The notes beneath the pieces are model-generated. The model saw only the letters and a program-made list of their open reading frames with translations, ran no database searches and was not told the DNA's origin. 64,000 nucleotides of DNA from Podarcis filfolensis. Its lineage: Eukaryota. Both the position numbers and the translations under genes were made by a program. Location: assembly GCA_964270895.1 (NCBI GenBank), contig OZ185435.1. One strand, given 5' to 3'. Of this stretch, positions 27,401 to 40,007 are shown piece after piece. How positions within the stretch are numbered: position 1 is the first letter of the stretch; each line of letters opens with the position of its first letter.

Positions 27401-30400
27401 TTATATTTCTGGATAGTAAAAAAATTATAATGCAAAAGGCACACACGGTCAAGCCAGCAACCCCATGCTCCATATGTCAAACAAAGATAAATTAACTCAA
27501 AGATAGATTTGACTGAGAAATCCATCATGGAGTAGAAAAACCAAGCACAGCCAGAGGGGCTTTTCCCTTCCAACATCTTATGCACAACCAAATGAAGATG
27601 AGTATACTTGTGGCAGACATGAAGAAATTGCAGGGTAGAGTTAGAAGTCTCTAACTTCAGAGGCAGGATACTGGTTTGCTGAAACAGGGCAAGTCACTCA
27701 CTTACTTGTACAGGGGCATTGTTCCGTTGCAAGATCTCCACTACCCGATGAAAACCAATAGGAGCTTTCTTTTTAGTGTAGCCCAACCAGTTCTGAAATC
27801 ACAATACAAAAATCACAGTAACATTAGATCTTGTGACAAAAGCAACCCAGAGATTTCAGGATGGGAAATGCAGCAAAAAAACTCTTAACAGCAAACAAAG
27901 AATGTTCAAGGCAGCTCCTCCTCTGTCTGCATGCCCCTCCTTATACACTCAAATGGCAAAAGCATCCTTCCTTTGGCTGAGGATGCTGCTCTTTTCCAAT
28001 GGAGGCTGACTGCAGAATTTATGAACAGCCTCCCACATCTACCACTGTATTCTCAGTCTGTGCCGGATCCTTAAAGGGAAAGAGTGAAAGAGGCCTGAAA
28101 CAAGCATCTACTGATGGATGAGATGACCTCTAGTGTATTACAGGAGGGGAGGTATCTTAAAGCAGAGGTGGGAAGTATATAGACGGGGATCTATTGGCAG
28201 ATCCCGGGTGATCTGTGAGCCAATGAAGGCCCAATATTTGACCCAGGCTTTGAGAAAACCACCCTGACTCACCTTGGTGGTGAACAAAGCATCTACATCA
28301 TGCCAAGCCCGGAGTTTGGCACGAGCAGCCAGGGCTGTCAGCACATACTGTTTGTCTGGGATCTAGAAGGCAGAAACATTGAAATGTTAGAACACGGTTG
28401 GGTTGTGAGCTCCTGGTTGGCACCAATCAATTCTTAAGGTACAACCCAGCAACTAGATGGAGTGCAGCAATATCTGGAAGGCACAATGCCAAACTGAAGT
28501 GCTAAAGGCCAGTGCAATGAACTTTGCTATACTGAGCTGCTGCGGCTAGACTTGGTCATCTGTTGTAGGACTTAATTCCTTCACCCAAAGCACACCTTTG
28601 CCTTATTTCCACTGCACATTTCTAACAGTGTTGCCCTCTCCTAGAATGCACAAATATTATACCCAGCAGATAGCTCCCTTACCTTGAAGGTTTTCTTCAA
28701 GTTTGCTGGACTACTGAATGTTCCCTGGAAAGAAGAGACATGGCAAATTTAACAGAGGGGATAGTGATGACCCATCCTAGTTGGTACCTCAACTATTCTG
28801 TAATATTCTATTCTATAAATGGCAGGCAATTTACAGAAAACTGGTGATATTCTGATCACCTCTTTCTCACGACCATGTCTGAGTCTTGCACTCTATACTC
28901 TCTAAAACCTAGTCTCCTTTAGCTCTGCCACAACAAATCAAGAACTGACTTAAAGTCTATAATGCCAGAAAATTTATTTTAGCATTTTCACATCTAATCC
29001 ATCTATCCATCTGTTCATCTTTACACACATTTGCAAACACAAAAAATAACTATACATAATAATTTACTGAATAATAATAATAATTTACTGAAAGGAAAGG
29101 TACAATGTACCTTTCCTTTCAGTAAATTATTATTTTAAAAACCCAACGCTCACTTAACTTGTTAGCTAACCTCTAGCTAGCCACTCTTCTTCTTCTTTTT
29201 TATTATTATTCTTATTATTATTTTGCTACTTTTGGAATATGATGTTCCAAACCTTTAACAACCACTGCATTACTAATGGTGCATTACTTCCTTCCAGTTA
29301 TAGCTAATATTTATTATAATGGGAACTGGTTGAACCAAGTACATAAGACAGGAAGGAGTCTCCCATACAGTATCCCTATACCCAGCCCAGCTATTCACTC
29401 TCTCGGAAATCCTGCAATACTTGAGCAGCATATTGCCAATTTGCAGGCAACAGGCTACTTTGGTTGGCCAGGCCATGTGAGTCAAATCTTGCTCCCCCTT
29501 TTTTTCGGCATGGCATGAGGCTTCAGCAACTAATACAGAGGATCCGCCATTTTTGTTACCCTAACCTCAGTCTCCGTGTAGTGATAGAAGCAGGAGTAGA
29601 AAAGCGTGGTGACCAGTGGCATGTTTAGGATGGAGGCCTTTCGAGGGTACTTCCGAAATATCTCCGTCTGCCCAGCTGACTCTAAATGCTTGTCATTTGC
29701 CTGGGGGGGGGGGGAGACCAGAAAAAACATGCTGCGTGAAAAACAAGGATAATTACAAGGTAATATAATAGGGCCAAGGATAACCAGTTTTAAATCTCAG
29801 CTCAAATCATGAGGCATACTGAGGCAGAAATCCTAGAAGCATTTACTCAGAAATAAGGCCCACTACAGGTAGTGGGGCTCACTCCCAGGTAAGTGGACAC
29901 TGGGCTGCACTCTTAGTCATCTCAGTCCAGCCACTGTCTTTCAGCTCAAGCTACCTCACAGGGTTGTGCAGGAGGGAAAAGGGAAACTTCTTACATGTCA
30001 CCCTGAGCACCTTGGAGGAAAGGTGGAATGCAAGTAGTATATTTGTTAAAATTTGTATCCTGCCTTTCCACCAAATGGTCTCAAGGCAGCTAACGAGAAG
30101 ATACAAATTAAAACACAAAAATGCAGCGGTAAAGACAGGTAAAACACGACAATAAAATTGATAAACATAGTTAATTTCAGCAAACTGACAACAGCCATAC
30201 CAGTCACCATATGCCCAAAGCTTGTCTAAAAATGCCTGCCAGTGGAAGGTTATCAGAGACAGAGCCACTGTATGATTTTATCCACTGCCTGCTTTTTGTA
30301 ATCTTTATGTATACCACTTAGAAACTTTGGTGGTTAAGTGGTATAAAAATAGCTGAAATAAAATAAAAATAATTAAAAAGATGGGGTTCCCATGGTATAT

Positions 30401-33400
30401 TACTTATTATTAATAACAGTAGGAGTTTCAGGTTGTTTCTTTCAAGCAAGACTAGTAATCTTTTACAGCCAAGACTTATAAATCAGTGCAGGGCTTCAGG
30501 ATGACCTGAAGGCTAAACAGTCTCTCATCATCTATCATGATGGACTGGCTACGGCAAGGAAGCCATCCTACATCCCAGATGTGACTTGCTTGATTAAGCC
30601 AAGCCCCATGTAATTTCCCCCCTTTCAATCCAAGTAGGAAGCTTTGGTGTTACAACAAACAGATCAGAGTCAGGAGGGAGAATTCCCAGGCACATGTGCC
30701 CAAAGGCGGAGCAAGAGACCTTACCTCAATGATGATCTGCCTCTCCAGAAGCGTATAATGGTCTTGAACATGAGCAGCATCTTCCAATGAAAATGGCAAC
30801 CTAAATTGGAGAAGAGTTTCTCTTCAGTTTTGGATTTCTCCTTTTATATATAGAAGGTTTGCTGATTTTGTCCATCCTGAGTTCCAACTGGGTTGTTGTG
30901 CATGACAATGTTGAAGTGTATATTATGAACTACGTTGGTGGTTATTTTTGGAGCTCCCTGCACACCCTAAAAATGAGCTGCTTTCAATTTCTGGCCTACT
31001 GGAAAATGCCAGGGATTGGCCCTAAGATCTTTAACAGGGTTGGGGGACCTCTGGCCCTCCCAATGTTGCAGGACAACAGCTCTCATCATCCTTGACCACT
31101 GGTCCTATTGACTGGGGCAGATGGAAGTTAAAGAGTCCAACAACAACCGGAAGCCACAGGTTCCCCAACCCTACTTCAGTCTGTCCTGAACTGTTCAGCT
31201 TCACTGTTCAGCTTCACTGAATGATCCTGGGTTCTAGTACTAGGAGAGAGGGAGAAAAATGCCTCTCTATTCATTTCTCCACATCTAACGTAATGTTAGG
31301 GACTGCTGTCATGTCCCCTCACAATTTTTCTGAATTTTAAAGCTTTTTCTTCATTGCTCTTTCCCTTCCTGGTTTGCGGGAACAGTAAGGCCATTCTGCT
31401 TACTGGCAATCACCTCACGTCTAGGGCTCAAACTGATTTCATTCTATAAAAACTAATGCCTGCCTAACCTACTTACCCAACGCAACCTTTCAGAAACTCC
31501 TTTCGTTTCTCCACATCCTGGATCATCAGGTGCTCACGGTACTGTGTCAACTGGAGAAGGTAGGAACAGACACACACGGCAGGCTCAAGAAGGGTTGACT
31601 TAAACTAGTGGGATGTGCAGAGTAAATATATACTGAATGGATGCAGGGGTGGCCTGTCCCGTTTTGCCAACTGAGGTGCAATGGGAAGGTGTTGCCGCCT
31701 CCCTGCAGCTAAAGCCTCGCTTCCTGGGGTTATGTGGCTGTGGCTTCTGGCAAGATCCCACCAGAAGCCATCCTGCAACCCTGGCGGCAGCAGGAATGCT
31801 TGTGGGGGTGCCACCCCATGGGATTCTGCCACCTGAGGCAGCTGCTTCAGTGTGCTGGGGCCGGTCCTGAGTAGATGTCTCAGGACATCTTTGTTTCCTA
31901 CAAATAAGAAGTGAGCCAGGGCATGATGGATACTCACTGCAACCTCCTCTGTCCTGTCCAGGAACCTGCAGAGGAAAAACAAGCATCAGTCCTGCTAAGC
32001 ACTAAGGATGGGCAAATCTCTCCATTTCAGTTTCTCATTCTTCCATTCTTAAAATTCAGTTCCCCAGATTTCCACATTAGTTTGTGATTTTTTTTAAGTC
32101 CTCATGAAAATTCATCAGCATTTGACTGTGAATTTCTGCTAATATACAAATTTTCTATTTTTGCCCAAAAATACACATTCTTGCAAAACAACTGAATATA
32201 ATGCATCATTGTATCTTATTTTCACTGATATAAGAGTTTTTATGTACATTTGTCTCTAGCATATGCATTTTTATACATATTACTTGGCAGGAAAACTGCC
32301 CTGCAAACCAAGAATTGCTCCAGTGGGATCTTACCTCAGCAGGTCCAGGAGAAGTTTTTGGTCCCCCGTTTCCTTGAGAAAGTGTATTAAATGGCGCAAG
32401 GCCACCTGCCGCAGCTCCAGCTCTCTGAACAGGATTTCTGGATGAACAGACAAGAAGTGAATCATTCTCATTCGCATCAGGTACTAGCAGGAAGATGGCA
32501 CAGCCTTTCTTTTATCTTAATAGATTTCATTTCCAATAATAAAGATGGCTAATGGTCTGGGATGCACACAATTGTCATCATATGGTTTGTCAGAACAGGT
32601 GAAAGCCTAAACTGGGGCCATCTTGGATTAATCAAGTTATTGATTTTGGGCACTGAATCCAAATGTCAGTGCTAATCGGTCACCTGGGGAAGCTTTTGTC
32701 AACTCAATGGCTGACTTGGATCCCAAATGTCTGTGTCAAGGCACCATTTCCATGGTGAATAAATTGCATTTTCCCACCATCCAAAAGGCAAAATATTGCC
32801 ACAGAGGAAGTGCAGCTCCTTCTCCATCCGTCACTCCCTCCCAATACGTCAGCTGTAATAATGCTGTCTAGAACAGGCTTCCTCATCCTCGGCCCTCCAG
32901 ATGTTTTGAGACTACAATTCCCATCATCCCTGACCACTGGTCCTGCTATCTAGAGATCATGGGAGTTGTAGGCCAAAAACATCTGGAGGGCCGAGGCTGA
33001 GGAAGCCTGGTCTAGAATGTGATGCACAAATGGTACTCATCAGATCTCTGATGATGAGTGACAACATTCCTCATCCCCCAATCTCTCCATGCTTAGCAAA
33101 GTGCAGCTATAGTCAACCTCTGCAGCAAGGCTGTTCCCCTCCCACTCCAAGCAAAGCTATCCCCTTCTAGTTGTTGGCACTAAAATTATGATGAACACAA
33201 ATGCTGTGATAAGGAGGCAAAAAAAAAAAAAAAAGTAGTAATCTTAATGGTCTGGAAAGGCAGCCAATCTGCCCTGGCTCCCTGGCACTGGGTCTAGCCA
33301 CCTTTCAGGCACACATACCTTTCTTCAAGGTTCTCTTCAGAAATATTAGGATCTGAAAGAAAATGGACAACAAGGTGCTTATTTTCTGCCACAATCCTGA

Positions 33401-36400
33401 GGCATAACTGGAAATGGTTGCTTAGGAAGCAGATGCAACAGCTGGAAGTCTCTCTGGTTCTGGCCGTACTTTATACTAATCTGCTTTATATTCAAGTAGT
33501 AGGGTAGTTGCCTCTGGGGAAATGGAGCACGAGATAGGTGTCAATGAAATATGCCCTTCATTCTAATGGTGTCAGGAAAACAACTTCACAAAGACTGACA
33601 AACTTACAAATAAAAAATAGTTTCTAGGCACGTAACAGAGATTTGGCACTTTTAGGAAATGCTACAATATCTCAGGTAGGTTTTTGTGGACGATGGTTAG
33701 ATCAAGTGAGATTTACTAAAATTCACATTTTATTACAGTCACAGTGCAGTTCATATAATCATCAAATTCTAGAGTTGGAAGGGACCCAGGGGGTCACCTA
33801 CTCCTGCAATGCAGGAATTCAAATAGTTAGAGTCACAAAAAATATGTTTTGATTTGTGGTATTTGCCCAGAACTGGAGAGAAACTGATTTCATATGGATG
33901 GTAAAGCCAGTGGCCTACAAAACCCAGGAGAATCAACTAGCCAGGCAGAAGTTCTCAAAGGTGTCAGGAAATAATCTTTCCCATCTCATTAACCTAACTG
34001 GGAGGTCACTTATAGTGGAACCTTGTATATGAAAAAGCACACTTGCGTTTTTCTGCTGCGATAGAAACCTAAACATTTACATGGCATCTGGACCTTGGGA
34101 CATTTCAGGGAAAATATTCAAAGAGCTTCATAAGGTTCATTTATACCTCATATCCTTGGAGGCAAGGGAAGTTGAGGAAATGCCTTGTCTCCTAAAATGC
34201 AACCTAATATTTCCAATCAACGAAACCAGTATCTAAAACTCAATTCTAGTGAATTAGAACCCATATATGAAAACTTATTGTAAAACACCCCACATTCAGA
34301 TGCAAATGGCCACAGAACCAGAAGTTAATGGGATCATATTAGGCTGTAGCCATGTATCCCCCATTCTGTTCTGCCCTACATTGTAAGATCACAGCACTTA
34401 CGGCTGTAATGACATTCCCATCATGCACTGCAACAGCTTCATCCAGTAGCTGCAGCTTGTCCTGTAGGGAGTGAAACCTCTCCAGTGAGCAGATCTAGAA
34501 CGGAATAACAATAATGGAAGGATTAGAGAGGAACCTGGATTATCTGAGTGGAGGCCTGCTTCACACAGGGAGCTACACAGGTGGCTCATTATAAAACTCC
34601 TAAGAAGTGGAGCTGCACTTGGTTATCATTTGTATGTGTCATTTGTTCTCCATGCGGTTCAGGAGCCAAGACACACCAATGGAAGCCTTTGTTGCCAGAG
34701 TGGCAGTCTTGGCACAATTAAAATTATTCTGAGCCACCAAGACAGACAGCTTATCATGTGCTTCTCCGTCCATGAATTTGCAATGTGAGCAGTCACACAC
34801 TGGGATGTAGTCCTTATTGGGGATTTGTACAACAGGAATCCTCTTTCAGAAAAATAATTTTGGTCATTCTATCCCAACTGCAGGCCTTAGATCACTACGC
34901 AAAATCTTTGTTAGGAACCCACCGTCTAAATCAGGGCTTGTCAACCTGGTCCCTACTGCCCACTAGTGGGTGTTTCAGGATTCTAGGTGGGCGGTAGGGG
35001 GTTCTATAACACAAGCTGAATCCTCCTTCCATTGAGCACTGGTGGGCGGTAAGGAAATTTAACCATCAAGAAAGATGCATTAGTGGGCAGTAGGTATAAA
35101 AAGATTGACTACCCCTGGTCTAAATCTACAGAGCTGATAAACTAAGCAGAAACTGATGAGCTGATGAGAATTCGCTTTCTAAAGGTTACAGAAAGGTTTC
35201 CTAAACACAGATGTTGTGTGGCATATCAGCTCATCGCCAGTTCTCAAGCAGCCAGGAGCAGCTTGTGTATTACCTCTATATTCACCAAAAATAACTTATT
35301 TCCCCTTTGATCTACCAACAGAAAGCATAAAGAGCCCTGCACCAGATCTATGGATGCTTTCTCGGGATACCTGCTCCAAAGCTGTCAGTGAAATAACATA
35401 TTATTCCTTGCCATTCTGGACATGCTTCAATTGTGGAGCAGAGTCTGCTACTTCTGCTATAATCCCCTGGCATTCCTGACATTTGCAGGACCTCAACTCC
35501 TCCTTTTCAGACAGAGAACTCTGAAAAGCCACCAACAGCCGCATCTCCAGCGTTGACATGCATGAGCAGAAGAAATGGATATGCATGGGAGGCACCACCC
35601 AAAAATTCAAAGGCTGGCCCTTTCAGAAGCAGGGAAGAAGAGTCTCACCTTGCCTCTCTGCAGCCGTCTTACTGTGTCTTTTGGGCTCCAGTCACTGCTG
35701 TAATCCTGAAATGTAACAAAACAAAACCATGATGCCTTTAACACTCAAAATATTTTGAGAAGCACAGATTCGGACAAACTCCTTCGTCTTATAGGTATGA
35801 TTAAGATACCCCAACAGTGGGGTGCGAGAAGTAACATTGCTTGCATCCCATCAAATGACTCATAGGAGAGTCATTTGCGACTAGTATTGCACGCAAAAGC
35901 ACCCAAGACAGGTCTGGAACACAGCACAATAAAAGCAGCCACAGCCTGTGAAGACAGCTTTGCGGGAGGGATGACGTATTTAAGATGTTCTGCAAGTAAA
36001 GGACTGCAAGCCTGCGGGGGGTGCATATGGTCTGCCACGCATTTGGATTGGCTTAAAATTGAATGTGTATCATGCCAGATTTTGCCACTGGTCACTGACA
36101 GTGAAAGAAAGTTGAAGAGCTGCATGGTCCCTGGGTATGGTCTGAAGGCCCCATGAGGCTACCACCCTGCAGAAGTGAAGTAGGTTTGGGTATGATCAGT
36201 GCAGAGACTGCCTGGAAACCACATGTAAGCCACCCTGGGTTCCAGGCTGGATTAAAGGCAGAATATAAATGTAAAAAAATAAAGGTTGATGCCCACTACA
36301 CATTAGCCGTCCCTGATGCCAACATGTTCAGTGAGATTTGCTATCCATTATTTAAATGGACAAAATTAATACACTGTTATGATGGCAGTTTCCAGAAAAG

Positions 36401-39400
36401 GGACAACACAGGAGCATGGTTCCCCACTTTCCTTTTCCACCCACTAGAGAGAATTTCCTTGCTTATTAAAGGCAAAGAACTTCTAAGACAGCAATTCTGT
36501 GAACAAGTACCTGGGGGCAAGTCCCACTTGAACAAAATGGAACATGCACAGGATTGTGCTGTAAACCTCCTGACATCATCCAAATATGTTCAATGAGGCT
36601 TACACTCAAATAAGCATGCACAGCATCACAGCCCTAGTCTCTGTGGAGTGAGCATCCAGAAGACAGCCCTTGGGCGAAGAAGAGGAGTGTTTGCAGCTTC
36701 AAACCCTTTCGCCCCTTAATGTTGTCCTGAATCTAGGCTCCCAAAAATATACCTACCTTGTAGTCTGCTTTTGGTCTGCGCAGTTCTGGAGCATAACTTT
36801 TAAATCCTGTGTCTGTAAGAGCTGAAGAGAGAACGACAGCATTTTTTTAATAAAAAAACCCACACAATTTAGAGCCCTCCTTTCCATGTCATTTTGGTCC
36901 ACCAAGTAGCTCAAAAACACTGCATTTGAAACAGAAGCACCATTAAAATTATGAAGTCACAATAAAACAGCATCAGTTACAACCAGAAGTTGTAAAAACA
37001 TTAGAAAGAAAATCCTGGATGACTAAACCGCAACAAACACAACTTATCACCTTCTTTCTAAAAGCCAAAAAGGAGCAAGGAGTGCCAGCTTCAAGGGTAA
37101 AGTTATATAATGATCTCTGATGCTACTCTCTGTTAGCTACCTTCCCATATAGTCTGTTTGGGAAGTAGGGCTCTGAATAGATATGGAAGTACTGTGGTGG
37201 GAAGGGAAAGCCAGAAAGAAGCAGCTTGCAGTACTCAAGGAGAGAGGTGGTCAGAATTTTAGCCAGGGAAATGGAGAAAGTGGAGCCAATTTCCACTGCT
37301 GTGCAAGGAGAAGCCAACCATTCAAGCAATCTGGGGACAAAGATCTAGATTCTTACCATCTGAAAGTGACTGAAAGCTCCCATGTTTGTTTCTTCCTGAA
37401 AAGAAAGAGCATGTAAGACAGGCTAAGAAAGCTAGATTCATCACCTCACACTGAAAACCCATTACACATCTAGGAATACTGTGTCCAGTTCTGGGAGTCA
37501 CAATTTAAGAAGGATATTGACAAGCTGGATCATATGCAGAGGAGGGCGACCAAGATTATTAAGGGTCTGGAAACCAAGTCTTATAAGGAATGGTTGAGTT
37601 GGGTATGTTTAGCCTGGGATATGGTAGCCATCTTCAAATATCTCAAGGGCTGTCACATGGAAGAAATAGGATAGGACCTGAACCAATGAATTCAAGTTAC
37701 AAGAAAGGAGATTCCAACTAAATATCAGGAAGAACTTTCTGATGGTAAGAGATGTTCAACAGTGCAATGGACTCCCTCGGCAGCTTCTCCTTCCTTGGAT
37801 GGTCATCTGTCAGGGATGCTTTAGTTGGGATTCCTGCATTGCAGGGGGCTGGACTAGAAAACTTGCAGGGTACTTTCCAATTCTACAATTCTGTGATTCT
37901 AGGTCCCAGTAAAGGTCCTACCTTTGAAAAAGCTGCTCAGTGAGTAAGAAGAGGCTTGCTTGGGAAATGCTCCATATGAAGAAGAGCCTCTTTGCCCACC
38001 CAAGTCTCTTCCCTCAGCAGTATTGTTGCTGCTGGAGGCGGTCTCCTTGATTGACCAGGAAATGCCTATGGAGAGAGAAAGAGCACAACCTGAATAAATT
38101 CTCTAGCAAGCATAAGATGAGGCCTTTAAAATTCTAGAGCAGAGAAGGGTTATTGATTCTGGAATACATGATTTTGGGCCTAGCTCTCATGTTTTGCTTT
38201 TCTAAATCATCACCTCATACGAGACATTTAACTCTTAAACTACCCTTGATATTTAAAAAACTCTCTTTCTTGGAAAACATATGGAAAACAGAGGAAAATG
38301 AGAAATATTCAAAGCACAGACTACCTTCATGGGAAATTCTTTGATAGGGAGGCTCATAGGAATGATGCACTCAGGATTTGGGGTAAGTAGTGAAGAATGA
38401 GTGAAGGGAACAAGCCGAGTTTTCACAAAACACACCATGGTTTGGATTCCTCCCACCCCCAATGTACCATCAATCTACTTGTTTTTGAAAGAAGCAGTCA
38501 TTTTACTCCCTGCATTTGTTTGTCAGAAACAGGGGTAGGGGGAATTCAAGCACGCAATAGGCAAAATAAACAATTGTGGTAATGTATGAAACTATTAGAC
38601 ATTTTTCCTGTTCAACGTTAAGCATACTAAACCTCAGTAGGCCATATTTCCTAGTAGGTGTAGCTCTAATGAGATTTTTCTTGACAGAGGGCAGCAATAA
38701 TCAAATTCAGATTCAAAGAATGGATGATAGATGCAAAAACATTCTGCTCCACTTACTGCCCACAGGCTCCCCACTCCAGCTAAACTTCTCAAGATCATCG
38801 TCATCATCTACAATATCTCGGAGGCTGTTCACTGTTCGTTTTGACTCCTTCAGCTATGAACAAAACCAAAGTGAAAATGAAGGCAAGCCCTATTCCACCC
38901 AGATAGACTGTACACTTTCATGCTAAAGAACCGGTATCCCAAGAACAGATGTATTCTATGTTTGTGCACAAGCTGAATTAATTTATCCATCAAAATTTAT
39001 ATACCACTTACTCAACAAAAGATCTCTAAATAGTTTTAAAAATCTAAAATATTCATTTCAAAATATAGATAAAAGTGATATAGATACATGCCACCCACAA
39101 AAGTCAGACAAATCCTTATGTACCAGATGCAAATTGTGAAAGAACGTTACAAGCCAAGTTCACACCTCATTCAAAATAGTGCGTATTTGCCCTGCAGCAC
39201 TATTACATTGTTTTATTGGGTACCCATTTTTCAACTTTTATAAGACATTAAAATGGTTTGGCAGGGAATAATTTAGTAGCGGGAAAATAGATTTTTGAAA
39301 AAAATGATGTGGCAAGAAAGGACTAAATATATCTGGAGTAAGGACTATTGGAGGCTATGATGTAGGGAAAGATGCTTTTGCATGATACCAAATTTCTGAA

Positions 39401-40007
39401 CCTGCAGATGCAAGCTCACTTTCAAGCACATCTTCACAACCACAAGGGCTAGAAATGTGTTCTGCTAATGAATGAAGAATGAGGTGACCAGGAATCCCAG
39501 TTCTGTGCCACATATCTTGTGAAGTGCACACATTCAATCATACATGATGCTTCCTGCTCATATAAATACAGTGCACTCTCCAGATCCGAACTTAATTCGT
39601 CCCAGGGTCCATACTTACCCTGAAAAGTCCATATGCGGAGGCTCCGCTTCTGTGCATGCGGCGAAACCCGGAAGTATATACTTCTGGGTTTGCTGCGTCC
39701 ATAACTCAAAATTACGTTACCCAAAGGTAACGTAACCAGAGGTACCACTGTATAGCATTTCCTCAATTTTACTTTCTCAATTCCTTCAATGGAAAGATAT
39801 CCATCAATAATTTTAAGAAGACTACACTATATGCAGATTTCTGCTTCCCTTAACATTTCAGGCAAGGAGACACTGCATAGTGCATTCTCAGTTTGTTCTG
39901 ACTAGGAACTGTACCTGAAAGAGCTCATCATCTTCATCATCAAACGTAAATGCTTTACACTTGGAACTGTGCCAGTATTCTTCCTCATCAACCTTTATTC
40001 TGTTCAT
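24491..40007 (-). CDS. VIPAS39: VIPAS39 (VPS33B-interacting protein, SPE-39), 19 coding exons, 490 aa
   Basis: Exons 40007-39915, 38853-38757, 38065-37922, 37395-37357, 36821-36757, 35705-35649, 34494-34402, 33352-33319, 32437-32335, 31965-31938, 31550-31477, 30800-30725, 29700-29566, 28724-28683, 28362-28273, 27792-27706, 27258-27169, 25922-25818, 24511-24491 total 1473 nt, in frame and GT-AG. The protein runs from [29 protein letters not shown] to QIRWKN* and contains [43 protein letters not shown]. Confidence 0.96.
25422..25787. mobile_element. hAT-type non-autonomous element, 366 bp
   Basis: Imperfect TIRs CAGGGCAGTCTTTA...ATAGACGGCTCTG and a perfect TSD GAGCAAAC (25414-25421, 25788-25795). 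It ends 30 nt from the donor of the 25922-25818 VIPAS39 exon. Confidence 0.8.
25965..26325 (+). mobile_element. Degenerate L2-like LINE 3' fragment
   Basis: GGCCTTCTCAGTG...TGGAACTCCCTCCC...AAATGAAGGC motif followed by a T-rich tract and a GCTGCCCTG...GAAAG...AAATAA tail. Similar to 50870-51340. Confidence 0.5.
26911..27097 (+). mobile_element. tRNA-derived SINE
   Basis: A-box-like GTAGCTCAGGGGTAGAGCA and degenerate B-box GTTTCAACGCC, followed by a non-tRNA body shared with 22807-22976. Confidence 0.8.
31035..31173. mobile_element. Degenerate hAT MITE, family of 32874-33009
   Basis: CAGGGTTGGGGGACC...GGTTCCCCAACCCTA termini and internal CATCATCCTTGACCACTGGTCCT shared with other copies. No TSD recognisable. 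Confidence 0.6.
31644..31869. mobile_element. GC-rich hAT-like MITE in a short VIPAS39 intron
   Basis: Imperfect TIRs CAGGGGTGGCC...GGCCGGTCCTG, TSD AATGGATG/AGTAGATG (6 of 8 match). Confidence 0.55.
32874..33009. mobile_element. hAT (Charlie-like) MITE, 136 bp
   Basis: Long TIRs CAGGCTTCCTCA.CCTCGGCCCTCCAGATGTTTT and a perfect TSD GTCTAGAA (32866-32873, 33010-33017) with the TCTAGA target core. Confidence 0.9.
34932..35117. mobile_element. hAT (Charlie-like) MITE, 186 bp
   Basis: TIRs CAGGG.T.GTCAA...TTGACTACCCCTG and a perfect TSD GTCTAAAT (34924-34931, 35118-35125). Confidence 0.85.
37470..37901 (+). mobile_element. CR1 LINE 3' fragment (end of ORF2 plus 3' UTR), antisense within a VIPAS39 intron
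   Basis: GAATACTGTGTCCAGTTCTGG...AAGAAGGATATTGACAAGCTGGA...CAGAGGAGGGCGACCAAG (degenerate EYCVQFW...KKDIDKLE.VQRRATK), ending in the CR1 tail TTCTACAATTCTGTGATTCTA. Confidence 0.85.
39569..39750. mobile_element. Older Tc1/mariner (Tigger-like) MITE
   Basis: TA-flanked. The right TIR TAACCAGAGGTACCACTG matches the family at 57832. The left TIR is degenerate but CTTAATTCGT is shared. Internal palindrome AAACCCGGAAGTATATACTTCTGGGTTT. Confidence 0.7.

Noticed and set aside
31600-31986. 125- and 128-aa ORFs suggesting a read-through VIPAS39 isoform
   Set aside because: The open frames run through a GC-rich MITE (31644-31869). Normal donor and acceptor sites flank the 28-nt exon.
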